A stretch of DNA of 63,817 bases, filler included, from Octopus bimaculoides (lineage: Eukaryota), in the NCBI RefSeq assembly GCF_001194135.2. It is 3 parts of 3 records of this genome, joined end to end, with 100 filler letters (N's around TTAATTAATTAA, not from the genome) between each part and the next. Parts side by side here need not be neighbours in the genome. Positions count along the whole stretch, not along the records: positions 45,956 to 63,817 come from NC_068983.1; 2 more parts are not named here. The stretch is one strand, 5' to 3'. Shown here piece after piece: positions 47,344 to 60,169 of the stretch; position 1 is the stretch's first letter, and each line of letters opens with the position of its first letter. Below the pieces are notes generated by a model. It saw only the letters and a list, made by a program, of their open reading frames with translations. It was not told the origin of the DNA and ran no database searches. A program made the position numbers and the translations under genes.

Positions 47344-50300
47344 GACAACAAACACGATCAGGACAAATATCCGTCGAATGTAAATAATGTAAAGAATATA
47401 AATAATGAAAATAGTTTCCTATTGCCATATAGGTTCAATTAGATCAATATTAATCCTACGGCATTACCTTCTCTACTTTCTCCAAAGAATCAACTACTAC
47501 TGAACACAAAATTTTATTCTTAATTTCGGTTTCCATAAATCTTCATTTGTTTTCGCCAATTTTTAGTTCCGTTTCTTACTGACACACATTTTAATCACGC
47601 AAGTTTCAATTCTCCCGACAGCTTAGTTAAAAGAAAGTTTCTAATTTGATTTATAAATACGGTTAGTATTATTTTGAAATATTGTTCAATGATTGTGAAT
47701 ACCATGAAAATTTTTTCATCTTGTGTTCAGATTTAAATGAAGGCAACATTTTCATTTCTCCTCATAAGGTTCATTACTCTTTGTTTTTTCTATATTTCAT
47801 AATATATTTAAAGTTTCGGGTAAACTGAAATACACTGGACGTTGTTACCCATCTAAATTTGAAGAACATTCTTTCGTGTCTCTATCTCTTATAACGTCCA
47901 TAATATAAAATAGCAGGTCCGTTTTTTAAATACGAGGCAAGATTTCCATCATAACAATATATGCTTACAACCAACATTTAGTTTATGTTAAAATAATAAT
48001 GTTTTCTATCGGCATTATGTTAAAATAGACCAATATTAATTCCATAGCACTACTTTTTCTCAGTTTAGCCCAATATTTTCTTTCCTAACATTTTTCAAAT
48101 TCAAGAACTCTCAATTTTAAGTTTACAAACCGTTAGAACATGTCATATAATCACACACATACTAAACGTTATCCAATATGCATGTGCATACACTCACATT
48201 CATGCATATATTACATAAGACTATTTTAATATTTGATTTACATCAATTCAATCTCCCTTTTACTCTAGATAATGCCCAAGGATCACATCGGTCACGTCTA
48301 CTGGGTTTTCATTATCATTTATCGTTAATGTTGCTCCATTCATTACATATATTAATGTATTACTTTAGGTACTTATTCTAATTACTTCTATTGCTTAAAT
48401 TTTGTGCATTTTAACTAGCGTCTCTGCTAACACATACAAGAGAAACTTTGACATAACTTCGAAGGAACTTACACTGTTTTAAGAAATGAATATCTAACTC
48501 TACTTCACATATTCAATTTCTTACATTATTAACGTTATTGTTTTTATATAAATGAGAAGCATGGAAGTGTCTCTATTAACAAATACGCTCCACATTTACA
48601 TTGTATCACATTCTATAATACTTAGCCAAAAGGCCGAGAAGCGATGTAATACATTCGATAGTAGCAAAATATTAACAATAGGTAGAAAACCGACAGTTTT
48701 ATAAAGTCATAAACAAGTAAAATTTACATTTAAAAATAATTGTTAAGCGTTTACAACAAAGCAACTGTGGTTTACAAACATTAAAATTTCTCGCACTTAA
48801 TAATTTATTATTCATCATTCATCGGCGATCTATTTATAATAATTAAAAGTAGCAAATTAAAAAAAAAACATTCATTAAACATCGTCTTTAAAAACAATTT
48901 CAGTGCAATACTGCTTCAAAACTAGACATAATAGATAACGTTGAATAATTGCAAATAAGTCAACTATGGTGCACGAATAAGGATCATAGAACTTTTTAAC
49001 AACCGATCCTTTATCGCATACACGAAACAGATTTGAGTATCATTGATAAAGGTGGAAATTATGGAGTAATTCAAATTTGTAGTTATTGAATTTTTTATCA
49101 TTCAATAGCTAAACTCTATTCCGCTATTCCCTTTCATTTGATATAAATGGTTATCACTCTACAATTACTCTATCTACTTTTGCTGCCGCTTGTAACAACA
49201 CTAAATTAACCACTTTTATCAATATCACTGGTATTGATGTCAATTACTGACTAGAAAGCATATTCTTTACTATTTTTCATGTGAACTGTGCTTTGGAGCA
49301 AGAAATAAACTACTTTTTAACATCAGAATGGGATTAAAAGACTCAGCAGAAATTAACGATATACATGGAATGTATGGTTTAACTACACTGTGTGAGCAGT
49401 TCCCGCCCCCCCCCCATCACTAGTTACGTACATCGAAATAAAGTTTTGTCACCACTAAATGGTTTTAACTTTCAAAACGCCTTGTTCACGTTCAATACCA
49501 ATACTTATCCATTTGAAAATTATAAAGCCTTCCAAAAGCAGTTCATATGGTGATGTAAACACTCATTCAATCGTAATCTCAACTGTTTAGTTGTCCAAAA
49601 TACGTTTTTNNNNNNNNNNNNNNNNNNNNNNNNNNNNNNNNNNNNNNNNNNNNNNNNNNNNNNNNNNNNNNNNNNNNNNNNNNNNNNNNNNNNNNNNNNN
49701 NNNNNNNNNNNNNNNNNNNNNNNNNNNNNNNNNNNNNNNNNNNNNNNNNNNNNNNNNNNNNNNNNNNNNNNNNNNNNNNNNNNNNNNNNNNNNNNNNNNN
49801 NNNNNNNNNNNNNNNNNNNNNNNNNNNNNNNNNNNNNNNNNNNNNNNNNNNNNNNNNNNNNNNNNNNNNNNNNNNNNNNNNNNNNNNNNNNNNNNNNNNN
49901 NNNNNNNNNNNNNNNNNNNNNNNNNNNNNNNNNNNNNNNNNNNNNNNNNNNNNNNNNNNNNNNNNNNNNNNNNNNNNNNNNNNNNNNNNNNNNNNNNNNN
50001 NNNNNNNNNNNNNNNNNNNNNNNNNNNNNNNNNNNNNNNNNNNNNNNNNNNNNNNNNNNNNNNNNNNNNNNNNNNNNNNNNNNNNNNNNNNNNNNNNNNN
50101 NNNNNNNNNNNNTATACTTTTGTCAGTGTTATGATACTTAATATATTTTCATTACATTTTACATTTACTTAGTTATTATTTTCACGATAAATAATTATTT
50201 AATTATTAATACATTTAAATCAATTAGGATTTAGATAAAGTGAAAGAATCACCTTAAATCATTTCAAAAATTAACGAATACATTGCTATCAATATAAACT

Positions 50301-50619
50301 TTTATTATAAATTAATATACACGTTTATTCTTTTAATATTTATTATGACACAAATCTTTCGACTTCTCAATTTAAAAAATAAGTAGACCTTTCAAATACA
50401 CGTTTAGAAATTAACTCTATCTCTTTTTCAAAATAAAATAATTTTGTATCGACATTGTATTAAAGCAGATCAATATTAACTAACCTTACAAAACCACCTT
50501 TTTTTATAGTATTCTCTAATAATTTCCTTCAGTAACAGAAATGTCATTTCAAAATACTCATACGTTTATTAAATGTTAGAACGTTTCATAAAAACACTGA
50601 TTAAGCTTTCTCTAAAACG

Positions 50620-50666
<47 letters not shown>

Positions 50667-52172
50667 TCACGCACACACATTCTTTGTTGAATTAAAGTTT
50701 ATCTCGTATATACTTAATAGTTCCCCCTACATTTTTTTGTACCATATTTTGAGCATATAGTCATTTCGGCAATATTTATTGGACTTTTTTTTATATTGCA
50801 TTATACGTTATCGATATGGTAACTTCATACATTACAACTATTTACCCTACTCTTATTTTACTAATTAGTACATAGTGACTAACATTTTTGTAATTCTGGA
50901 GAACACTGTGAAAAACTCTATTATTCTTTTATTTGCTGATTCTAAAGGAAGGGGTATTGCTTCGAAATCGACGAGCTTGACGCCGTTAATGTTCTATCTA
51001 AAGTGTTGCAGGTCAAAACATACGAGAAAGATATGAACGAGGATGAAATTTCAGAAAGCAGATGTAGTTCTGAATATTACGAACGAGTGGATATATGTTT
51101 TAGTGCAGAGCCAGAGGTTTTGGGCACAGCAAGAAGACGGGAGGTGGAGAGACGAGTTGGTCAGGAGTACTTGAGTGAAGAAAGTGCAAGATCAACAATC
51201 TCCAAGGAACATAAGTCGTTTCTGATTGAATATATAGACAATAAACAGTGCACCAGAGGCTGGTTGTGTTTGTCAATTATTTAATACCGCACATTTATAT
51301 ATGAGACAATACCTCATTATGGCAAGATTGATTTGTTTAAACGATTTATAATAATTCATCATCTTTTCGTGCATGTGCAATTTATCCTCCACAACCTCAC
51401 CCCGCCCACTCCATCTTGAGCAACACCATCGCTGCAACTACCAAACACATGCAGGAAATAGAAGTTAAATTTCTACTTAATCATAACCTTTATTCTTTAC
51501 AGAAGTAGTCATTGGTGACATATTTTTGGATATACTACATTTGAATAAAGAAATAGTTGGGACACCTTTTGTCGTGGGTTTACATGCAGACTGATAACTG
51601 CTATAAGGCTATAAGAATACAATAAAAGTTTCTATAATATTCGAAAGGATCTGATTTTTTTAATATCTTGCTACAATTTATAGTATCGGTAATGGCGAGA
51701 GGCCTTGTAGTTTTTTTCTTTTACGGAGAGGGGAAATGATTAAGGAAGATTATGTAACTCATAATATATAATTTTCATAGCCATCAACGGTATAATTCTA
51801 GAAATCGGAATTATTCTGTCAGTGGAAACCAGCAGCTAATATTCAACTGTACATGTTCACCTCACAGAATTAAAAAAATGTTTTCATTTAACGGTAAATG
51901 AAAATATCTAAGTGAAAAGAACTAACGAAAGGAACATCTGTACTAACAGGGGTCGATTTCGTAATGCATTTCTGTCTATACATGGTGACACCATGTTTTG
52001 TAATCAGTTTCTTTCTTTGAACATCAAATTCTAAAGAAAGAATTTTTATGTGTTATAAATGCATGATAACCGCCATCTTAGCTAGCATTTCATCAATATT
52101 TTCTTCTTTCTCTTCTACCTTCTCCCTCTTCTCAACATAATCAAGATCACCACGTTCATCATCATTATCATT

Positions 52173-52203
<31 letters not shown>

Positions 52204-52980
52204 CAATTTTCATCACCAGCGTTGTCGTAGTAGTCGTTCCCTATATTAATACAACCAACAGCACGCCCACAATCGTCATTATTGTCTGTATTATTGTAAG
52301 CGCTACCCTTACCGCCACTCCTCTTCCTCTACCGCTTCCTTCTTTTTTTCCTTTTCTCATTATCAGCGTCGTCACCCTCTCTCTTATACAATCATACAAA
52401 CAAAGCAACATATTAGAGGTGTGCCATTATATCGGTAATGGTGAGACCTCTCTACATTAATAGTGTATTAAAAAACAAGAAAATCAAAACGAAAGTCCAA
52501 TTATGCAGCAAGAACTGTTACGTGACGAAAGGCTTCTTTTTCTTCACTTCTTCTTGCGTCTCTTCCTCTACGTTCATTACAATTTTAATACGCCATTATA
52601 TTCTGTTTTCCTTCTTTAATGGTATGATAAAAGAAAATATTTCTATGCGAAACAAGGTTTGATAGGGAAATAGATGTAAATAGAATTGATCACAATTACA
52701 AATTTCATGCATGAATACAAATATTGCGACAAACTGTTTCAATATGGCAATTATAATGTTTTAGAAGATAATGCTAATTGTGGTTCCCGTATGTATGTAT
52801 GTATGTATGTATGTATGTATGTATGTATGTTTGATGGATATATGTATATATGTAAGTATGTATGTATGTATGAATGAATAATTCTATGTATGTGTATGTT
52901 TATGTACATATACTTATATATGTATATCTATATATACACATATTTATGTGTGTATATGTATATACACGCATATTTGTGTG

Positions 52981-53016
<36 letters not shown>

Positions 53017-53080
53017 TATAAATAAATGTATATATATGTGTGTGTGTGTGTATGTGTATATATATATATANNNNNNNNNN

Positions 53081-53131
<51 letters not shown>

Positions 53132-53345
53132 TATGTGCATTTGTGTAATTGTATATGTTACAGGCGAATGTATGTATATATGTATGTATTGATGTATGTT
53201 TAGATATATGTAAACATGTATATATGTCTGCAGCATTTTACGCGTTCTATTTCCAAGAGAGTTCACGAGGTATTGTATATATCCGTAAGTGTGTAACTGT
53301 TAGAATTAATGTTTGCATATTTTGTGTAGATGTGTTTAGGCGTGA

Positions 53346-53559
53346 GCACTTCGAAATGTATTCTATGTAAATAACACCTGTCTCTAACCTATAATCTCTC
53401 TATATACCATATATACAAACATACATCCATAAATATATGTGTGGGTGTATGTATGTATGCATACATTTATGTATGCATGTATTGTATATATATATATATA
53501 TATATATCGTTTATAGGTTAGAGACAGGTGTTCTCTACATATAATACATTTCGAAGCGC
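53346..53559. repeat. Inverted repeat with ~49-bp arms around a microsatellite spacer
   Basis: gcacttcgaaatgtattctatgtaaataacacctgtctctaacctataa pairs with ttataggttagagacaggtgttctctacatataatacatttcgaagcgc. Confidence 0.75.
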
Positions 53560-53591
53560 TCCAGAGATTTGAACTTGACCCGGTAGAGGAG

Positions 53592-54118
53592 TAAATGTAA
53601 TGACAAGCATGTTAGGCAAGTCGATTTCCATAGAATATTAAATACATTTAATAGAAAGAAATGTACATGTTAATGGATATAAAATAGTCCGATTTACAGA
53701 TTATATCAGGAGTTAAATGGGTAAAGTTTTACGAGCTCAACAGCAGTTTCTGGGAGCTTCGTGCTCCGGAAGAATGATAGATGCTTCGATCCATTATCGG
53801 ATAACACTGCCTTCAGGGGAGAATTTTACATTGGAGAACACCTGAAATGTAAAATTCTCCAATGTAAAATTCTCCAATGTAAATTTCTCTCCTGAAAACG
53901 GAGGTGGCATTATCCGATAATGGATCCAAGTAACTATCAGCATTCCGGAACCCAGAAACAGCTACTGAACCCGTAAAACTCTACCCGTTTAACTCCTGAT
54001 ATCATTTATATTCTGTAAGTCGGACTATTTTATATCCATACGCATGTATATTTTACTATTAAATGTATTTAATATTCTATGTAAATCGACTTGCTTAACT
54101 TGCTTGTCATTACATTTA
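53592..54118. repeat. 527-bp imperfect palindrome (foldback MITE-like)
   Basis: Arms of ~250 bp run from taaatgtaatgacaagc to gcttgtcattacattta. The centre contains tandem aatgtaaaattctcc units. Confidence 0.8.
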
Positions 54119-54123
54119 GATTG

Positions 54124-54162
<39 letters not shown>

Positions 54163-55701
54163 CGTGTAAATGTATGTGTGTGTATGAATGTGTGTGTGTG
54201 CGCGCGTGTGCGTACACGACGGGCTTTTCACGACAACATTGGTTGTTTAGCCGGTTCGAAAATATATCGACTTGGCTGACTTTCGGCCTTGCGTTCGGTG
54301 TTCGCCTGAAAGTTGATAACGATCTGTATGTAATACGGTAATATTCACGCGATATAACAGTACCTCCCACTCGTGTTTTTGAAATATCGCCAACCGATAC
54401 AATTTGGCCTTCATAGCAATTGTTGTCTACATGAGATGAATTCTCGGGGCGTTTACCACAGTCCGAGGCGTTTTAAGCGACACATCAAATCAGATCTGAT
54501 GTGCTATAATTAATAATTGTAACAAAGACGGCTTCTGTCTATATATATATGTATATATCCATATATATTTGTGGCGATATATATATATACATATATATAT
54601 ACATATATATACATATATGTGTATATATATGTATATATATATATATATATATAGATAGATAGATAGATATATATATACACATGTATATATATGTATATAT
54701 GCATGGCTGCATNNNNNNNNNNNNNNNNNNNNNNNNNNNNNNNNNNNNNNNNNNNNNNNNNNNNNNNNNNNNNNNNNNNNNNNNNNNNNNNNNNNNNNNN
54801 NNNNNNNNNNNNNNNNNNNNNNNNNNNNNNNNNNNNNNNNNNNNNNNNNNNNNNNNNNNNNNNNNNNNNNNNNNNNNNNNNNNNNNNNNNNNNNNNNNNN
54901 NNNNNNNNNNNNNNNNNNNNNNNNNNNNNNNNNNNNNNNNNNNNNNNNNNNNNNNNNNNNNNNNNNNNNNNNNNNNNNNNNNNNNNNNNNNNNNNNNNNN
55001 NNNNNNNNNNNNNNNNNNNNNNNNNNNNNNNNNNNNNNNNNNNNNNNNNNNNNNNNNNNNNNNNNNNNNNNNNNNNNNNNNNNNNNNNNNNNNNNNNNNN
55101 NNNNNNNNNNNNNNNNNNNNNNNNNNNNNNNNNNNNNNNNNNNNNNNNNNNNNNNNNNNNNNNNNNNNNNNNNNNNNNNNNNNNNNNNNNNNNNNNNNNN
55201 NNNNNNNNNNNNNNNNNNNNNNNNNNNNNNNNNNNNNNNNNNNNNNNNNNNNNNNNNNNNNNNNNNNNNNNNNNNNNNNNNNNNNNNNNNNNNNNNNNNN
55301 NNNNNNNNNNNNNNNNNNNNNNNNNNNNNNNNNNNNNNNNNNNNNNNNNNNNNNNNNNNNNNNNNNNNNNNNNNNNNNNNNNNNNNNNNNNNNNNNNNNN
55401 NNNNNNNNNNNNNNNNNNNNNNNNNNNNNNNNNNNNNNNNNNNNNNNNNNNNNNNNNNNNNNNNNNNNNNNNNNNNNNNNNNNNNNNNNNNNNNNNNNNN
55501 NNNNNNNNNNNNNNNNNNNNNNNNNNNNNNNNNNNNNNNNNNNNNNNNNNNNNNNNNNNNNNNNNNNNNNNNNNNNNNNNNNNNNNNNNNNNNNNNNNNN
55601 NNNNNNNNNNNNNNNNNNNNNNNNNNNNNNNNNNNNNNNNNNNNNNNNNNNNNNNNNNNNNNNNNNNNNNNNNNNNNNNNNNNNNNNNNNNNNNNNNNNN
55701 N

Positions 55702-56500
55702 ATATATATATACATACGTTGTCTGTGTGTGTGTCCTCTATGCATGGCCAAACTTCTAGATCAATTTGTACCATTCTTGGGGTACATGAATAATTTGACG
55801 GGTTTCATTTATTTTTTATTAAAAATAAATAATATTGCTTTATATATATAATAAAGATTCACTTCTTCAAACCGTTTTGTCAATGCCAGCTTCGTGTGTC
55901 TGGCATTCTGACGTAGTAACTAGGTAACCAGCTATTTACACACACGTATGCATACATCATTACAGTTGTGACGATTTCTGATAAAAAAAAAAGAATTTTT
56001 AAAGGCATATATGTGTGTGTGTGTATATGTATTTATCTACTTATGTATGTGTGTGCATACACACATATGTTTGCATCATCACATTTATGACGATTTCTGA
56101 TAAAAAAGAATTTGTAAAGATATATATGTGTGTGTATATGTATATGTGTACTTATATATGTGTATATAAGCCGCAAGCATGTAACTTACGGGCGTTGAGT
56201 TGCTTAATTACTTCGTAACTTCTGCAGAATAAAAATACAATGTAATATACTTGTGTGTGCATAAGTATATATGTACTTATGTACGTGTGTGCACACAGAC
56301 GTATGTATACATCTTTACAGTTTTGACGATTTCTCATAAAAAAAAGGATTTCTAAATGTATATGTGCGTGTATATATGTGTGTGTGTATATGTATATATG
56401 TACTTAGGTAAGGGTATATAACAGCGCATGCATGGAATTACAGTAAATGAATTGCTTAATTGCCTCGTAACTTCTACTGATTAGAAATAAAATATTTCTG
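55702..56500 (+). mobile_element. Probable Helitron-related fragment with internal tandem modules
   Basis: 55790-55915 resembles 1225-1360 (attaaaaataaataatattgctttata...aagattcacttct). The module gacgatttct(g/c)ataaaaaa occurs three times. No 3' CTAG terminus was found. Confidence 0.45.
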
Positions 56501-56519
56501 CATAATCTATCTATCTATC

Positions 56520-56550
<31 letters not shown>

Positions 56551-56852
56551 CTATATGTTTGTCAACAGAAAAATATGTGTAGAAAAATATTGTTTCCTCC
56601 CCTCCAAACTTTTTTCCTGTACGCTTATAGACACGTACAAGGAACTTTATATGTGCGCGCTTGTGAGTGTGCGCGTGGATGCGTGCGTATGTAAATATAT
56701 GCGTGCGTATATAGAGATATGTGCGTGCGTATATGAATGTATGCGTGTATGTGGTAATATACGCAGTTTTAGATGCGTTTTGACCTTGTCACTACACAGT
56801 AATTTCCCTTTGTTTTTAACGGTCATTTTTCACAGGAATTTTCAACTGGCTG

Positions 56853-56913
56853 GATAACTGAAGAGATGTTGGCGTAGGCCCCCACCCTGGCATCCGAAAC
56901 TCGGAGTTTAATC
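56853..56913 (+). ncRNA. Hammerhead motif in a probable PLE 3' end
   Basis: GATAA-CTGAAGA-GATGTTGG...CTGGCATC-C-GAAA-CTC-g-GAG-TT^-TAATC. Helix II is 8 bp including G-U pairs, helix III is near-palindromic, and helix I has one mismatch. AATAAA follows about 10 nt downstream. Confidence 0.6.
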
Positions 56914-57030
56914 ATGGCTACTGAATAAATGTCACATATTCTTACAGATAAATTCCTCTATTTGAATAATATCGAGGTCTCTTTCTTTCTTTTGTTGTCC
57001 TTCCTGTCAAATATATATATATATATACAG

Positions 57031-57105
<75 letters not shown>

Positions 57106-58301
57106 CCTATACAAAAACAAACATGCATAAACATGTATACATATATACGCATGTTTGTGCATGCGAAAAAACTTATAGATGTGAATTCTACATGTGTCTA
57201 TGAGTTGTATAATATTGTTGGATATAGATCCATGAGAGGAAGGAAGTGAATCCAACATCAGGAAAGGGTAGAGGGAATGGGATTTCAGAATGAATAATGT
57301 ATCATGGATTCCCTGAAGGTCAGATCAACTTACTCCGTACCGCATGACTGCCTTCAAAGAAAAACTAATAATAAAACAAGCCAATACGCCTGACTTCAGG
57401 TTTCAAACTACTGTTTTCGATGAATGTTAGAGGATATAGACTCATTAGACATTGGTCTGCGATCAGGTAACAACTCAACCGTAACATCATGTCTCCATTA
57501 AGTATGCTTCGGCATATATTTTAAACAAGTTTTATGTTCCATTTTGATGCTCGACTTCTTTGGATGTTTCCCTACTCTCAAAATCATAAACCCTAATAGA
57601 TTTGAGTCCTTTTATTTTGTCAATAAATATGGGGATAAACTCGTGACTATGTACAGACAAGCCTTTTGATATAAAGATATATGTGTGTATGTATATGTAT
57701 GTGTGTATGATGCATGATATATATAAATATATATATACATATGTAAATATGTAAATGTATGTATATCTATATGATGTATAATATATATAAATATACTTAC
57801 ATACATATATATATATATATNNNNNNNNNNNNNNNNNNNNNNNNNNNNNNNNNNNNNNNNNNNNNNNNNNNNNNNNNNNNNNNNNNNNNNNNNNNNNNNN
57901 NNNNNNNNNNNNNNNNNNNNNNNNNNNNNNNNNNNNNNNNNNNNNNNNNNNNNNNNNNNNNNNNNNNNNNNNNNNNNNNNNNNNNNNNNNNNNNNNNNNN
58001 NNNNNNNNNNNNNNNNNNNNNNNNNNNNNNNNNNNNNNNNNNNNNNNNNNNNNNNNNNNNNNNNNNNNNNNNNNNNNNNNNNNNNNNNNNNNNNNNNNNN
58101 NNNNNNNNNNNNNNNNNNNNNNNNNNNNNNNNNNNNNNNNNNNNNNNNNNNNNNNNNNNNNNNNNNNNNNNNNNNNNNNNNNNNNNNNNNNNNNNNNNNN
58201 NNNNNNNNNNNNNNNNNNNNNNNNNNNNNNNNNNNNNNNNNNNNNNNNNNNNNNNNNNNNNNNNNNNNNNNNNNNNNNNNNNNNNNNNNNNNNNNNNNNN
58301 N

Positions 58302-58363
<62 letters not shown>

Positions 58364-58383
58364 CTTGTGTGTGTATGCGTGTC

Positions 58384-58806
58384 TTTTATCTTTGAATTTT
58401 TACTTGTTTCAGTCATTAGACTGCGGCCATGCTGGAGTATTGCCTTGAGGAATGTTAGTCGAATGAATCGACTCAGGCAATTAATAATTTCAAGCCTGGT
58501 AACTTATTCTATCGGTCTGTTTTGCCGAACTGCCGTGTTACAGGGACATAAACACACCAGAACCGGTTGTCAAGCGGTGGTGGAGGACAAAATAGACACA
58601 AAGACACACACCCCCAACGCGCGCGCGCGCACACACACACACATATATACACACAAACGCGCGCGCGTGCGCAGGCATGCATTTCTTTCAGTTTCCGTCT
58701 TCCAAATCCACTCACAAGGCTTTGGTCGGCCTGATGCTATAATAGAAAACACTTGCCCGAGATGCCATAGAATGAGACTGAACCTGGAACCATGTGGTTT
58801 GGAAGC
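58384..58806 (-). mobile_element. SINE family A, near full length
   Basis: Homologous to 7893-8289. Confidence 0.85.
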
Positions 58807-59242
58807 AGAGAAACAAATATGGAAGACAATTCCGGATGGTTGCAAATAAACCGCGAAGAATATATAAAATAATATATATATATATATATATATANNNNNN
58901 NNNNNNNNNNNNNNNNNNNNNNNNNNNNNNNNNNNNNNNNNNNNNNNNNNNNNNNNNNNNNNNNNNNNNNNNNNNNNNNNNNNNNNNNNNNNNNNNNNNN
59001 NNNNNNNNNNNNNNNNNNNNNNNNNNNNNNNNNNNNNNNNNNNNNNNNNNNNNNNNNNNNNNNNNNNNNNNNNNNNNNNNNNNNNNNNNNNNNNNNNNNN
59101 NNNNNNNNNNNNNNNNNNNNNNNNNNNNNNNNNNNNNNNNNNNNNNNNNNNNNNNNNNNNNNNNNNNNNNNNNNNNNNNNNNNNNNNNNNNNNNNNNNNN
59201 NNNNNNNNNNNNNNNNNNNNNNNNNNNNNNNNNNNNNNNNNG

Positions 59243-60169
59243 CACTATAATATAAAAAATGGACTATATATTTGTTGTAATTTGGTTATCTATTGTCCGA
59301 TGATATTCCGGAATACACATCCTTCTTTGGATCTTCTTAGATGGAGTCTATGCTATAAACTGTTTACTAACGGCTTTTTTCTTTTTTTTTCCCAGAAGTG
59401 ACGTAATGGTGGTCTCACGAAGCTCCTTCCGGAATTCCTCATGAGAAGTGTGTAGCTCATGTATTGTTTATAACAAAAAAAAAAATGAGAAGCTGCACGT
59501 ATAACACATAACTTAGAAGCAGCGCTACAGATATACCAACAGCCACGAGATTGAAACATAGCCGACCTCACACACTTCTCATGAGGAATTCTGGAAGGAG
59601 CTTCGTGAGACCACTACTACGTCACTTAAGGGAAAAAAGAAAAGCCGTTAGTAAACAGTTTATAGCATAGCCTCCATCTAAGAAGATCTGAAGAAGGAAT
59701 TGTTTTCTGAAATATCATCGGACTATAGATAACTGTTGTTGTTGGCACTCCGTCGCTTACGACGTCGAGGGTTTCAGTTGATCCGATCAACGGAACAGCC
59801 TGCTCGTGAAATTAACGTGCAAGTGGCTGAGCACTCCACAGACACGTGTAGCCTTAACGTAGTTCTCGGGGATATTCTACGTGACACAGTGTGACAAGGC
59901 TGACCCTTAGAACCACAGGCACAACAGAAACAGGAAGAAAGAGTGAGAGAAAGTTGTGGTGAAAGAGTACAGCAGGGTTCGCCACTATCTCCTGCCTCGT
60001 GGAGCTTTAGGTGTTTTCGCTCAATAAACACTCACAACGCCCGGTCTGGGAATCGAAACCGCGATCCTATGATCGCGAGTCCGCTGCCCTAACCACTGGG
60101 CCATTGCGGCGCCCCCTGTAGATAACTAAATTACAGCAAATATATAGTCCATTTTTTTATATTATAGTG
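59243..60169. mobile_element. Foldback element with ~210-bp inverted arms and CACTA...TAGTG ends, interrupted by a SINE
   Basis: 59243-~59455 is the reverse complement of ~59570-59734 plus 60128-60169. The left end abuts an N gap. Confidence 0.7.
59735..60118 (-). mobile_element. SINE family C, full length, 9-bp TSD
   Basis: Reverse complement of 26068-26456. TSD tagataact at 59726-59734 and 60119-60127. Confidence 0.9.

Larger units (their letters stand above)
46856..47405. mobile_element. Palindromic head-to-head dimer of a tRNA-headed element with a hammerhead-containing tail
   Basis: Arm ~46856-47091 (-) and arm 47101-47405 (+) are reverse complements around a 9-nt spacer. Each arm has an A/B-box tRNA-like head, an (AAT)n/(AAC)n tract, a hammerhead and an AATGTAAAT-type tail. 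Confidence 0.85.

Noticed and set aside
59684-59719. Hammerhead-like GAT-CTGAAGA-AGGAA/ttgt/TTTCT-GAAA-TA-TC-ATC in the foldback right arm
   Set aside because: Helices are very short and AU-rich, and the equivalent position in the left arm lacks both core boxes. Probably chance.
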